Assembly: GCF_009914755.1 (NCBI RefSeq)
Contig: NC_060933.1
DNA length: 64,000 nt
Strand: one strand, 5' to 3'
Source: the human T2T-CHM13v2.0 reference genome, Homo sapiens
Part shown: one piece after another, positions 12,680 to 26,500 of the stretch
How the letters are laid out: each line of letters starts with the position of its first letter
Numbering within the stretch: position 1 is the first letter of the stretch
Made by a program: the position numbers and the translations under genes
Notes under the pieces: model-generated
Told to the model about the DNA's origin: nothing
What the model saw: the letters and a program-made list of their open reading frames with translations, nothing else
Database searches by the model: none

Positions 12680-15600
12680 AATGGAATGGAATCAACTCGA
12701 TTGCAATGGAATGGAATGGAATGGAATGGAATGGAATGGAATGGAATTGACCCGAATAGAATGGAATGGAATGGAATGGAATGGAATGGAATGGAATGGA
12801 ATGGAAGGGAATGGAATGTAATGGAATGGAATGGAATTAACCCGAATAGAATGGAATGGAACGGAAAGGAAGGGAATGGAATGGAATGTAATCAACTCGA
12901 GTGCAGGGGAAAGCAATGCAATGGAATGAAATGGAATGGAGTCATACGGAATGGAAGGGAATGGAATGGAATCAACCAGAGTGCAATGGAATGGAGTGGA
13001 ATGGAATGGAATAGAATGGAAACAACACGAATGGAATAGAATGTATTGGAGTGTAAGGGAATTGAATAGAATCAATCCGAATGTAATTGAATAGAACGGA
13101 ATGGAATGGAATGGAATGGAATGGAATGGAATGAAATGGAATGGTATAGAATGGAATGGAATCAACCCGAGTTCAATGGAATTGAATGGAATGGAATGGA
13201 ATGGAATGGAATGGAAGGGAATCAACTCGATTGCAATGGAATGGAATGGAATGGAATGGAATGGAATGGAATGGAATGGAATGGAATGGAATGGAATTAA
13301 CCCTACTAGAATGGAATGGAATGGAATGGAATGGAATAGAATGGAATGGAAGGGAATGGAATGGAATGGAATGGAATGGAATTAACCCGAATAGAATGGA
13401 ATGGAATGGAATGGAATGGAATGGAATGGAATGGAATGGAATGGAATGGAATGGAATCAACTCGATTTCAATGGAATGGAATGGAATGGAATGGAATGCA
13501 ATGGAAGGGAATGGAATGGAATGGAATGAAATTAACCCGAATAGAATGGAATGGAATGGAGTGGAATGGAATGGAATGGAATGGAATAGAAAAGTATCCA
13601 CCCGAGTGCAGGGGAATGGAATGGAATGGAATGCAATGGATTGGAATCATACGGAATGGAATGGAATGGAATGGAATGCAATGGAATGGAATGGAATCAA
13701 CCCGATTGCAATGGAATGGAGTGGAATGGAATGGAATGGAATGGAAACAACCCGAATGGAATGGAAAGTAATGGAGAGTAAGGGAATTGAATAGAATCAA
13801 TACGAATGTAATGGAATGCAATGGAACGGAATGGAATGCAATGGAATGGAATGGAATGCAATGGAATGGGATCAACCCGAGTGAAATGGAATGGAATCGA
13901 AAGGAATGGAATGGAATGGAATGGTTTCAACCCGAATGGAATGGAAAGGAATGGAATCAACCCGAGTGGAATGGAATGGAATGGAATGCAATGGAATCGA
14001 ATGGAATGGAATGGGTTCAACTCGAATGGAATGGAAAGGAATGGAATCAACCCGAGTGGAATGGCATGGAATGGAATGGAATGGAATGGAATGGAATGGA
14101 ATGGAAGGGAATGGAATGGAATGGAATTAACCTGAACAGAATGGAAGGGAATGGAATGGAACAGAATGGAATGGAATGGAATGGAATGGAATGGAATGGA
14201 ATGCAATGGAATGGGATCAACCCGAGTACAGGGGAATGGAATGCAATGGAATGCAATGAAATGGAATCATCCGGAATGGAATGGAATGGAATGGAATGCA
14301 ATGGAATGGAATCAATCAACCCGAGTGCAATAGAATGCAGTGGAATGGAATGGAATGGTATGGAAACTACCCGAATGGAATAGAATGTAATGGAGTGTAA
14401 GGGAATTAAAAAGAATCAATCCGAATGTAATGGAATTGAATGGAACGGAATGGAATGGAATGGAATGGAATGGAATGGAATTAACCCGAATAGAATGGAA
14501 AGGAATGGAATGGAATGGAATGGAATGGAATGGAATGGAATGGAATGGAGCGGAATAGAATGCAATGGAACGAAATGGAATGGAATGAAATGGAATGGAA
14601 TGGAATGGAATGGAATGGAATCAACCCGAGTGCAGGGGAATGGAATGGAATTGAAGGCAATGGAATGGAATCATATGGAATTGAATGGAATGGAATGGAA
14701 TCAACTCGATTGCAATGGAATGGAATGGAATGGAATGGAATGGAATGGAATGGAATGGAATGGAATGGAATGGAATGGAATGGAATTAACCCGAATAGAA
14801 TGGAATTGAATGGAATGGAATGGATTGGAAGTAAATGGAATGGAATGTAATGAACCCGAGGGCAGGGGAATGGAATGGAATGGAATGCAATGGAATTGAG
14901 TCATCCGGAATGGAACAGAAAGGAATGGAATGGAATCAACCCGTGTGCAATGGAATGGAAAGGAATGGAATGGAATGGAATGGAATGGAATGGATTCAAC
15001 CCGAATGGAATGGAAAGGAAGGGAATCAACCCAAGTGGAATGGCATGGAATGGAATGGAATGGAATGGAATGGAATGGTACCGAATAGAATGGAATGGAA
15101 CGAAATGGAATAGAATGGAATGGAATGGTATGGAAACAACCCGAATGGAATGGAATGAAATGGACTGTAAGGGAATTGAATACAATCAATCCGAATGTAA
15201 TGGAATGGAATGGAACGGAATGGAATGGAATGGAATGGAATGCAGTGGAATGGAATCAAACCTAGTGCAATGGAATGGAATGCAATGGCATGGAATGGAA
15301 TGGAATGGAATGGATTCAACCCAAATGGAATGGAAAGCAATGGAATCAACGTGAGTGGAATGGCATGGAATGGAATGGAACGGAATGGAATGGAATGGAA
15401 TGCAATGGAATGGAATGGTACGGAATAGAATGGAATGGAACGAAATGGAATGGAATGGAATGGAATGGAACGGAAAGGAATGGAATCAACTCGATTGCAA
15501 TGGAATGCAATGGAATGGAATGGAATGCAATTAAAGCGAATAGAATGGAATGGAATGGAATGGAACGGAATGGAATGGAATGGAATGGAATGGAATCGAA

Positions 15601-18600
15601 TGGAATCAACCTGAGTGCTGGGGAATGGAATGGAATGGAATGCAATGGAATGTAATGGAATGGAATGCAATGGAAAAAACTCGATTGCAATGGAATGGAA
15701 TGGAATGGAATGGAAGGGAAAGGAATGGAATGGAATTAACCTGAACAGAATGGAATGGAATGGAATGGAACGGAATGGAATGGAATGGATTTAACCCGAA
15801 TGGAATGGAAAGGAATGGAATAAACCCGAGTGGAATGGCATGGAATGGAATGGAATGGTACGGAATAGAATGGAATGGAACGAAATGGAATGGAATGGAA
15901 TGGAATGCAATGGAATGGAATGCAATCAACCTGAGTGCAATGGAATGGAATGGAATGGAATGGAACGGAATGGAAACAACCCGAATGGAATGGAATGTAA
16001 TGGAGTGTAAGGAATTGAATACAATCAATCCGAATGTAATGGAATGGAATGGAACGGAATGGAATGGAATGGAATGCAGTGGAATGGAATCAAACCTAGT
16101 GCAATGGAATGGAATGGAATGGAATGGAATGGAATGGAATGCAATTGAATGGATTGGATTCAACCCAAATGGAATGGAAAGCAATAGAATCAACCCGAGT
16201 GGAATGGCATGGAATGGAATGGAATGGAATGGAATGGAATGGAATGGAATGGTACGGAATAGAATGGAATGGATCGAAATGGAATGGAATGGAATGGAAT
16301 GGAACGGAATGGAATGGAATCAACTCGATTGCAATGGAATGTAATGGAATGGCATGGAATGGAATGGAATTAACGCGAATAGAATGGAATGGAATGGAAT
16401 GGAAAGGAATGGGATGGAATGGAATCAATCTGAGTGCAGGGGAATGGAATGGAATGGAATGCAATGGAATGGAATCATCCGGAATGGAATGGAATGGAAT
16501 GGAATGGAATGGAATGGAATGGAATGGAATTAACCCGAATAGAATGGAATGGAATGGAATGGAATGGAATGGAATGGAATGGAATCAACTCGATTTCAAT
16601 GGAATGGAATGGAATGGAATGGAATGGAATGGAATGGAATAGAAAGGAATCCACACGACTGCAGGGGAATGGAATGGAATAGAATGCAATGGAATGGAAT
16701 CATACGGAATGGAATGGAATGGAATGGAATGGAATGGAATGGAATGGAAACAACCCGAATGGAATGGAATGTGATGGAGTGTAAGGGAATTGAATATAAT
16801 CAATCCGAATGTAATGGAATTGAATGGAACGGAATGGAATGGAATGGAATGGAATGTAATGGAATGGAATGGAATGCAATGGAATGGGATCAACCCGAGT
16901 GCAATGGAATGGATTCGAAAGGAATGGAATGGAATGGAAAGGCTTCACCCCGAATGGAATGGAAAGGAATGGAATCAACCCGAGTGGAATGGAATGGAAT
17001 GGAATGGAATGGAATGGAATGGAATGGAATGCAATGGAATGGAACGGAATGGAATCAACCCGATTGCAATGAAATTGAATGGAATGGAATGGAATTAACC
17101 CGAATAGAATGGAATGGAATGGAATGGAATGGTATGGAATGGAATGGAACGGAATGGAATGGAATGTAATTGAATGGAATCAACCCGGGTGCAGGGGAAT
17201 GCAATTGAATGGAAGGCAATGGAATGCCATCATCCGGAATGGAATGGAATGGAATGGAATGGAATGGAATGGTTTCAACCCGAATGGAATGGAATGGAAT
17301 GGAATCAACCCGAGTGGAATGGCATGGAATGGAATGGAATGGAATGGAATGGAATGGAATGGAATGGTATGGAATAGAATGGAATGGAACGAAATGGAAT
17401 GGAAGGGAATGGAATGGAATGGAATGGAATCAACCCGACTGCAATGGAATGGAGTGGAATGGAATGGAATGGAATGGAAACAACCCGAATGGAATGGAAT
17501 GTAATGGAGTGTAAGGGAATTGAATACAATCAATACGAATGTAATGGAATGGAATGGAACGGAATGGAATGGAATGGAATGGAATGGAATGCAGTGGAAT
17601 GGAATCAATCCTAGTGCAATGGAATGGAATGCAATGGAATGGAATGGAATGGAATGGAATGGAATGGAATGGATTCAACCCAAATGGAATGGAAAGCAAT
17701 GGAATCAACCCGAGTGGAATGGCATGGAACGGAATGGAATGGAATGGTATGGAATAGAATGGAATGGAAAGAAATGGAATGGAATGGAATGGAATGGAAC
17801 GGAATGGAATGGAAAGGAATGGAATGGAATGGAATGGAATAGAATGGAATGGAACGAAATGGAATGGAATGGAACAGAATGGAATGGAATCAATCAGAGT
17901 GGAATAGAAGGGAATGCATTCGAGTAGAATGGAAAGGAATGGAATCAACCAGAGTGGAATGGAAGGGAATGGAATGGAATGGAAACTAATAAAATGGAAT
18001 CAACACGAGTGGAATGGAATGGAAAGGACTTGAATGGAATGGAATGGAATGGAATGGAATCAACTCGATTGCAATGGAATGTAATGGAATGGAATTGAAT
18101 GGAATTAATGCGAATAGAATGGATTGGAATGGAATGGAACGGAATGGAATGGAATGGAAAGGAATGGAATCAAACTGAGTGCAGGGGAATGGAATGGAAT
18201 GGAATGGAATAGAATGGAATGGAATGGAAGGGAATGGAATGGAATGGAATTAACCTGAACAGAATGGAATGGAATGGAATGGAACGGAATGGAATGGAAT
18301 GGAATGGAATGGAATCCACCCGAGTTCAGGGGAATGGAATGGAATGGAAGGCAATGGAATGGAATCAATCAACCCGAGTGCAATAGAATGCAGTGGAATG
18401 GAATGGAATGGAATGGAAAGTACCCGAATGGAATGGAATGTAATGGAGTGTAAGGGAATTAAAAAGAATCAATACGAATGTAATTGAATGGAATGGAACG
18501 GAATAGAATGGAATGGAATGGAATGGAATTGAATGAAATGGAAAGGCATGGAATGGAATGGAATCAACCCGAGTGCAATGGAATGGAATCGAATGGAATG

Positions 18601-21600
18601 GAAGGGAATGGAATGGATTGAACCCGAATGGAATGGAAAGGAATGGAATAAACCCGAGTGGAATGGCATGGAATGGAATGGAATGGAATGGAATGGTACG
18701 GAATAGAATGGAAAAAAACGAAATGGAATGGAATGGAATGGAATGGAATGAACCCGTGTGCAATGGAATGGAATGGAATGGAATGGAATGGAATGGGTTC
18801 AACTCGAAAGGAATGGAAAGGAATGGAATCAACCCGAGTGGAATGGCATGGAATGGAATGGAATGGAATGGTATGGAATGGAATGGAATGGAAGGGCATG
18901 GAATGGAATGGAACGGAATGGAATGAAATGGAATGGAATGGAATGGAATGGAATGAACCCAAGTGTAATGTAATGGAATCGAATGGAATGGAATGGAATG
19001 GAAAGGATTCAACCCAAATGGAATGGAAAGGAATGGAATCAACCCGAGTGGAATGGCATGGAATGGACTGGAATGGAATGGAATGGAATGGAATGGTACG
19101 GAATAGAATGGAATGGAACGAAATGGAATGGAATGGAATGGAATGGAATGGACCCGTGTGCAATGGAATGGAATCGAATGGAATGGAATGGAATGCAAAG
19201 GATACAACTCGAATGGAATGGAAAGGAATGAAATCAACCCGAGTGGAATGGCATGGACTGGAATGGAATGGAATGGCATGGAATGGAATGGAATTGAATG
19301 GTACGGAATAGAATCGAATGGAACGAAATGGAATGGAATGGAATGGAATGGAATGGAATGGAAACAACCCGAGTGCATGGTAATGCAATGGAATGGAAGG
19401 CAATGGAATGGAATCATCCGGAATGGAATGGAATGGAATGGAATGGAATGGAATGGAATGGAATCAACTCTATTGCAATGGAATGGAATGGAATGGAATG
19501 GAATGGAATGGAATTAACCCGTATAGAATCGAATGGAATGGAATGGAATGGAATGGAATGGAATGGAATGGAAGGGAATGGAATGTAATGGAATGGAATG
19601 GAATTATCCCGAATAGAATGGAATGGAACGGAAAGGAAGGGAATGGAATGGAATGTAATCAACTCCAGTGCAGGGGAATGCAATGGAATGGAATGAAATG
19701 GAATGGAGTCATACGGAATGGAAGGGAATGGAATGGAATAAACCAGAGTGTAATGGAATGGAGTGGAATGGAATGGAATAGAATGGAAACAACACGAATG
19801 GAATAGAATGTAATGGAGTGTAAGGGAATTGAATATAATCAATCCGAATGTAATGGAATGGAACGGAAAGGAATGGAATGGAATGGAATGGAATGGAATG
19901 GAATGGAATGGAATGAAATGGAATGGCATGGAATGTAATGGAATCAACCCGAGTTCAGTGGAATTGAATGGAATGGAATGGAATGGAATGGAATGGAATC
20001 AACTCGATTGCAATGGAATGGAATGGAATGGGATGGAATGGAATGGAATGGAATGGAATGGAATTAACCCTAATAGAATGGAATGGAATGGAATGGAATG
20101 GAAAAGAATGGAATGGAAGGGAATGGAATGGAATGGAATGGAATGGAATTAACCCGAGTTCAATGGAATTGAATGGAATGGAATGGAATGGAATGGAATG
20201 GAATCAACTCGATTGCAATGGAATGGAATGGAATGGGATGGAATGGAATGGAATGGAATGGAATGGAATTAACCCTAATAGAATGGAATGGAATGGAATG
20301 GAATAGAATGGAATGGAAGGGAATGGAATGGAATGGAATGGAATGGAATTAACCCGAATAGAATGGAATGGAATGGAATGGAATGGAATGGAATGGAATG
20401 GAATGGAAAGGAATGGAATGGAAAGGAATCAACTCGATTTCAATGGAATGGAATGGAATGGAATGGAATGCAATGGAAGGGAATGGAATGGAATGGAATG
20501 AAATTAACCCGAATATAATGGAATGGAATGGAATGGAATGGAATGGAATGGAATAGAATGGAATCCACCCGAGTGCAAGGGAATGGAATGGAATGGAATG
20601 CAATGGAATGGAATCATACGGAATGGAATGGAATGGAATGAAATGCAATGGAATGGAATGGAATCACCCGATTGAAATGGAATGGAGTGGAATGGAATGG
20701 AATGGAATGGAAACAACCCGAAAGGAATGGAATGTAATGGAGAGTAAGGGAATTGAATAGAATCAATACGAATGGAATGGAATGGAATGGAACGGAATGG
20801 AATGCAATGGAATGGAATGGAATGCAATGGAATGGGATCAACCCGAGTGAAATGGAATGGAATCGAAAGGAATGGAATGGAATGGAATGGTTTCAACCCG
20901 AATGGAATGGAAAGGAATGGAATCAACCCGAGTGGAATGCAATGGAATGGAATGGAATGGAATGGGTTCAACTCGAATGGAATGGAAAGGAATGGAATCA
21001 ACCCGAGTGGAATGGCATGGAATGGAATGGAATGGAATGGAAGGGAATGGAATGGAATGGAATTAACCTGAAGAGAATGGAAGGGAATGGAATGGAACGG
21101 AACGGAATGGAATGGAATGGAATGGAATGGAATGGAATGCAATGGAATGGGATCAACCCGAGTACAGGGGAATGGAATGCAATGGAATGCAATGGAATGG
21201 AATCATCCCGAATGGAATGGAATGGAATGGAATGCAATGGAATGGAATCAATCAACCCGAGTGCAATAGAATGCAGTGGAATGGAATGGAATGGTATGGA
21301 AACTACCCGAATGGAATAGAATGTAATGGAGTGTAAGGGAATTAAAAAGAATCAATCCGAATGTAATGGAATTGAATGGAACGGAATGGAAAGGAATGGA
21401 ATGGAATGGAATGGAATGGAATTAACCCGAATAGAATGGAAAGGAAAGGAATGGAATGGAATGTAATGGAATGGAATGGAATGGAATGGAACGGAAAAGA
21501 ATGGAATGGAAAGAAATGGAATGGAATGAAATGGAATGGAATGGAATGGAATGGAATGGAATGGAATGGAATGGAATCAACCCGAGTGCAGGGGAATGGA

Positions 21601-22440
21601 ATGGAATTGAAGGCAATGGAATGGAATCATCCAGAATTGAATGGAATGGAATGGAATCAACTCCATTGCAATGGAATGCAATGGAATGCAATGGAATGGA
21701 ATGGAATGGAATGGAATGGAATGGAATGGAATGGAATGGAATGTAATTAACCCGAATAGAATGGAATTGAATGGAATGGAATGGAATGGAAGTAAATGGA
21801 ATGGAATGTAATGAACCCGAGGGCAGGGGAATGGAATGGAATGGAATGCAATGGAATGGAGTCATCCGGAATGGAACAGAAAGGAATGGAATGGAATCAA
21901 CCCGTGTGCAATGGAATGGAAAGGAATGGAATGGAATGGAATGGAATGGAATGGAATGGGTTCAACCCGAATGGAATGGAAAGGAAGGGAATCAACCCAA
22001 GTGGAATGGCATGGAATGGAATGGAATGGAATGGAATGGAATGGTACCGAATAGAATGGAATGGAACGAAATGGAATAGAATGGAATGGAATGGTATGGA
22101 AACAACCCGAATGGAATGGAATGAAATGGAGTGTAAGGGAATTGAATACAATCAATCCGAATGTAATGGAATGGAATGGAACGGAATGGAGTGGAATGGA
22201 ATGGAATGCAGTGGAATTGAATCAAACCTAGTGCAATGGAATGGAATGGAATGGAATGGAATGGAATGGAATGGAATGGAATGGATTCAACCCAAATGGA
22301 ATGGAAAGCAATGGAATCAACCCGAGTGGAATGGCATGGAATGGAATGGAACGGAATGGAATGGAATGGAATGGAATGGTACGGAATAGAATGGAATGGA
22401 ACGAAATGGAATGGAATGGAATGGAATGGAACGGAAAGGA
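12680..22440 (+). repeat. Dispersed ~2.8-3.0 kb direct duplication (12680-15480 vs 19450-22440)
   Basis: Collinear rare markers: acggaaaggaaggg 12861/19628, gtcatacgga 12941/19708, aacccgagtgaaatggaatggaatcga ~13874/20840, gaacccgagggcagggg 14852/21813, caaacctagtg 15257/22223. Confidence 0.85.
19946..20345 (+). repeat. 205-bp tandem duplication
   Basis: aacccgagttca at 19946/20151, gggatgg at ~20030/20235, aaccctaataga at 20066/20271. Confidence 0.85.
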
Positions 22441-23560
22441 ATGGAATGGATTCAACTCGAATGGAATGGAAAGGAATGGAATCAACCCGAGTGGAATAGC
22501 ATGGATTGGAATGGAAAGGAATGGAATGGAATGGTACGGAATAGAGTGGAATGGAACGAAATGGAATGGAATGGAATGGAATGGAATGGAATGGAATGGA
22601 ATGGAATGGAATCAACCCGAGTGCAGGGGAATGGAGTGGAATGGAAGGCAATGGAATGGAATCATCCGGAATGGAATGGAATGTAATGGAATGGAATGGA
22701 ATGGAATGGAATGGAATCAACCTGAGTGCAGGGGAATGGAATGCAATGGAATGCAATGGAATGGAATGGAATGGAATGCAATGGAAACAACTCGATTGCA
22801 ATGGAATGGAATGGAATGGAATGGAATGGAATGGAATGGAATGGAATGGAATTAACCTGAACAGAATGGAATGGAATGGAATGGAATGGAACGGAATGGA
22901 ATGGAATGGAATGGAATGGAATCAACCCGAGTGCAGGGGAATGGAATGGAATGGAATGCAATGGAATGGATTCATCTGGAATGGAATGGAATGGAATGGA
23001 ATGCAATGGAATGGAATCAATCAACCCGAGTGCAATGCAATGGAGTGGAATGGAATGGAATGGAACGGAAACTACCCGAATGGAATGGAATGTAATGGAG
23101 TGTAAGGGAATTGAAAAGAATCAATCCGAATGTAATGGAATGGAATGGAACGGAATGAAATGGAATGGCATGGAATGGAATGGAATCAACCCGAGTTCAA
23201 TGGAATGGAATTGAACGGAATGGAATGGAAAGGAATGGATTCAACCCGAATGGAATGGAAAGGAATGGAATGGAATGGAAAGGAATGGTACGGAATAGAA
23301 TAGAATGGAACGAAATGGAATGGAATGGAATGGAATGGAATGGAATGGAATGGAATGGACCCGTGTGCAATGGAATGGAATCGAATGGAATGGAATGGAA
23401 TGGAATGGATTCAACTCGAATGGAATGGAAAGGAATGGAATCAACCCGAGTGGAATAGCATGGATTGGAATGGAAAGGAATGGAATGGAATGGTACGGAA
23501 TAGAGTGGAATGGAACGAAATGGAATGGAATGGAATGGAATGGAATGGAATGGAATGGAA

Positions 23561-26500
23561 TGGAATGGAGAGTAAGAGAGTTGAATAGAAACAGTCCGAA
23601 TGTAATGGAATGGAATGCAACGGAATGGAATGGAATGGAATGGAATGGAATGCAATGGAATGGAATCAACCCGAGTACAATGGAATGGAATGGAATGGAA
23701 TGGAATGGAATGGAATTTAATGGAATGGAATGCCTTCAAACCGAAAGGAATGGAAAGGAATTGAATCAACAAGAGTGGAATGGAATGGAATGGAATGGAA
23801 AGGAATGGAATGGAATGGAATGGTACGGAATAGAATGGAATGGAAGGAAATGGAATGGAATGGAATGGAATGGAATGGAATGGAATGGAAAGGAATGGAA
23901 TCGTTCCAAGTGGAATAGGAGGGAATGTATTCGAGTGGAATGGAAAGGAATGGAATCAACCAGAGTGGAATGGAAGGGAATGGAATGGAATGGAAACTAA
24001 TAGAATGGAATCAACCCGAGTGGAATGGAATGGAAAGGACTGGAATGGAATGGAATGGAATGGAATGGAATGGAATGGAATGGAATCAACTCGATTGTAA
24101 TAGAATGGAATGGAATGGAATGGAATGGAATGAAATGGCATGGAATGGAATTAACCCGAATACAATGGAATGGAATGGAATGGAAGGGAATGGAGTGGAA
24201 TGGAATGGAATCAACCCGAGTGCAGGGAAATGGAATGGAATGGAATGCAATGGAATGGAATCATCCGGAATGGAATGGAATGGAATGGAATGCATAGCAA
24301 TGGAATCAACTCGATTGCAATGGAATGGAATGGAATGGAAAGGAATAGAATGGAATCAACCCGAGTGGAATGGAATGGAAAGGACTGGAATGGAGTGGAA
24401 TGGAATGGAATGGAATGGAATGGAATCAACTCGATTGGAATGGAATGGAATGGAATGGAATCAACTCGATTGCAATCGAATGGAATGGAATGGAATTAAC
24501 CCGAATAGAATGGAATGGAATGGAATGGAACGGAACGGAATGGAATGGAATGGAATGGAATGAAATGGAACGGAACGGAACGGAACGGAATGGAATGGAA
24601 TGGAATGGAATGGAATGGAATCAACGCGAGTGCAGGGGAATGGAATGGAATGGAATGCAATGGAATGGAATCTTCCGGAATGGAATGGAATGGAATGGAA
24701 TGGAATGAAATGCAATGGACTCAACTCGATTGCAATGGAATGGAATGGAATGGAATGGAATGAAATGCAATGGATTCAACTCGATTGCAATCGACTGGAA
24801 TAGATTGGAATGGAATGGAATGGAATGGAATGGAATGGAATGGAATGGAATGGAATTAACCCGAATAGAATGGAATGGAATGGAATGGAACGGAATGGAA
24901 CGAAATGGAATGGAATGGAATGGAATAGAATGGAATGGTATGGAATGGAATGGAATGGTACGGAATAGAATGGAATGGAACGAATTGTAATGGAATGGAA
25001 TTGAATGGAATGGAATGGAATGGAATGGAATGGAATCAACGCGAGTGCAGGGGAATGTAATGGAACGGAATGCAATGGAATGGAATCATCCGGAATGGAA
25101 TGGAATGGAATGGAAAGGAATGGAATCAACCCGAGTGCAATGGAATGGAGTGGAATTGAATGGAATGGAATGGAACAACCCGAATGGAATGGAATGTAAT
25201 GGAGAGTAAGGGAGTTGAATAGAATCAATCCGAATGTAATGGAATGGAATGCAACGGATTGGAATGGAATGGAATGGGATGGAATGCAATGGAATGGAAT
25301 GGAATGCCTTTAAACCGAATGGAATGGAAAGGAATGGAATCAACACGAGTGGAATGGAATGGAATGGAATGGAATGGAATGGAATGGAATGGAATGGAAT
25401 GATACGGAATAGAATGTAATGGAACGAAATGGAATGGAATGGAATGGAATGGAATGGAATGGAATGGAATGGAATGGAATCGTTCCGAGTGGAATAGGAG
25501 GGAATGTATTCGAGTGGAATGGAAAGTAATGGAATCAACCAGAGTGGAATGGAAGGGAACGGAATGGAATGGAATGGAATGGAATGGAATGCAGTGGAAT
25601 GGAATCAATCCTAGTGCAATGGAATGGAATGCAATGGAATGGAATGGAATGGAATGGAATGGAATGGAATGGAATGGAATGGAATGGAATGGATTCAACC
25701 CAAATGGAATGGAAAGCAATGGAATCAACCCGAGTGGAATGGCATGGAACGGAATGGAATGGAATGGTATGGAATAGAATGGAATGGAAAGAAATGGAAT
25801 GGAATGGAATGGAATGGAACGGAGTGGAATGGAAAGGAATGGAATGGAATGGAATGGAATAGAATGGAATGGAATGGAATGGAATGGAATCAACCCGAGT
25901 ACAGGGGAATGGAATGGAATGGAATGCAATGAAATGGAATCTTCCGGAATGGAATGGAAAGGAATGGAATGGAATGGAATGGAATGGAATGGAATCAACT
26001 CGATTGCAATCGAATGGAATGGAATGGAATCAAACCGAATAGCATGGAATGGAATAGAATGGAACGGAACGGAACGGAACGGAATGGAATGGAATGGAAT
26101 GGAATGGAATGGAACGGAAAGGAATGGAATGGAATGGAATGGAATGGAATGGAATGGAGTGGAATCAACGCGAGTGCAGGGGAATGGAATGGAATGGAAT
26201 GCAATGGAATGGAATCTTCCGGAGTGGAATGGAATGGAATGGAATGGAATGGAATGGAATCAACCCGAGTGCAATGGAATGGAGTGGAATGGAATGGAAT
26301 GGAATGGAACAACCCGAATGGAATGGAATGTAATGGAGAGTAAGGGAGTTGAACAGAATCAATCCGAATGTAATGGAATGGAATGGAACGGAATGGAATT
26401 GAATGGAATGGAATGGAATGGAATGGAATGGAATGGAATGGAATCAACACGATTGCAATGGAATGGAATGGAATGGAATTAACCCGAATAGAATGGAATG

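Larger units (their letters stand above)
2036..23560. repeat. Variant domain B1 (spans breakpoint 1)
   Basis: Markers gaacccgtgtgcaa/gaacccgtgagcaa, ttaacctgaacagaa, caaacctagtgcaa, aatcaatcaacccg, ataaacccgagtggaatggcat. Lacks tcttccgg and ggagagtaagggagttg. Confidence 0.75.
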
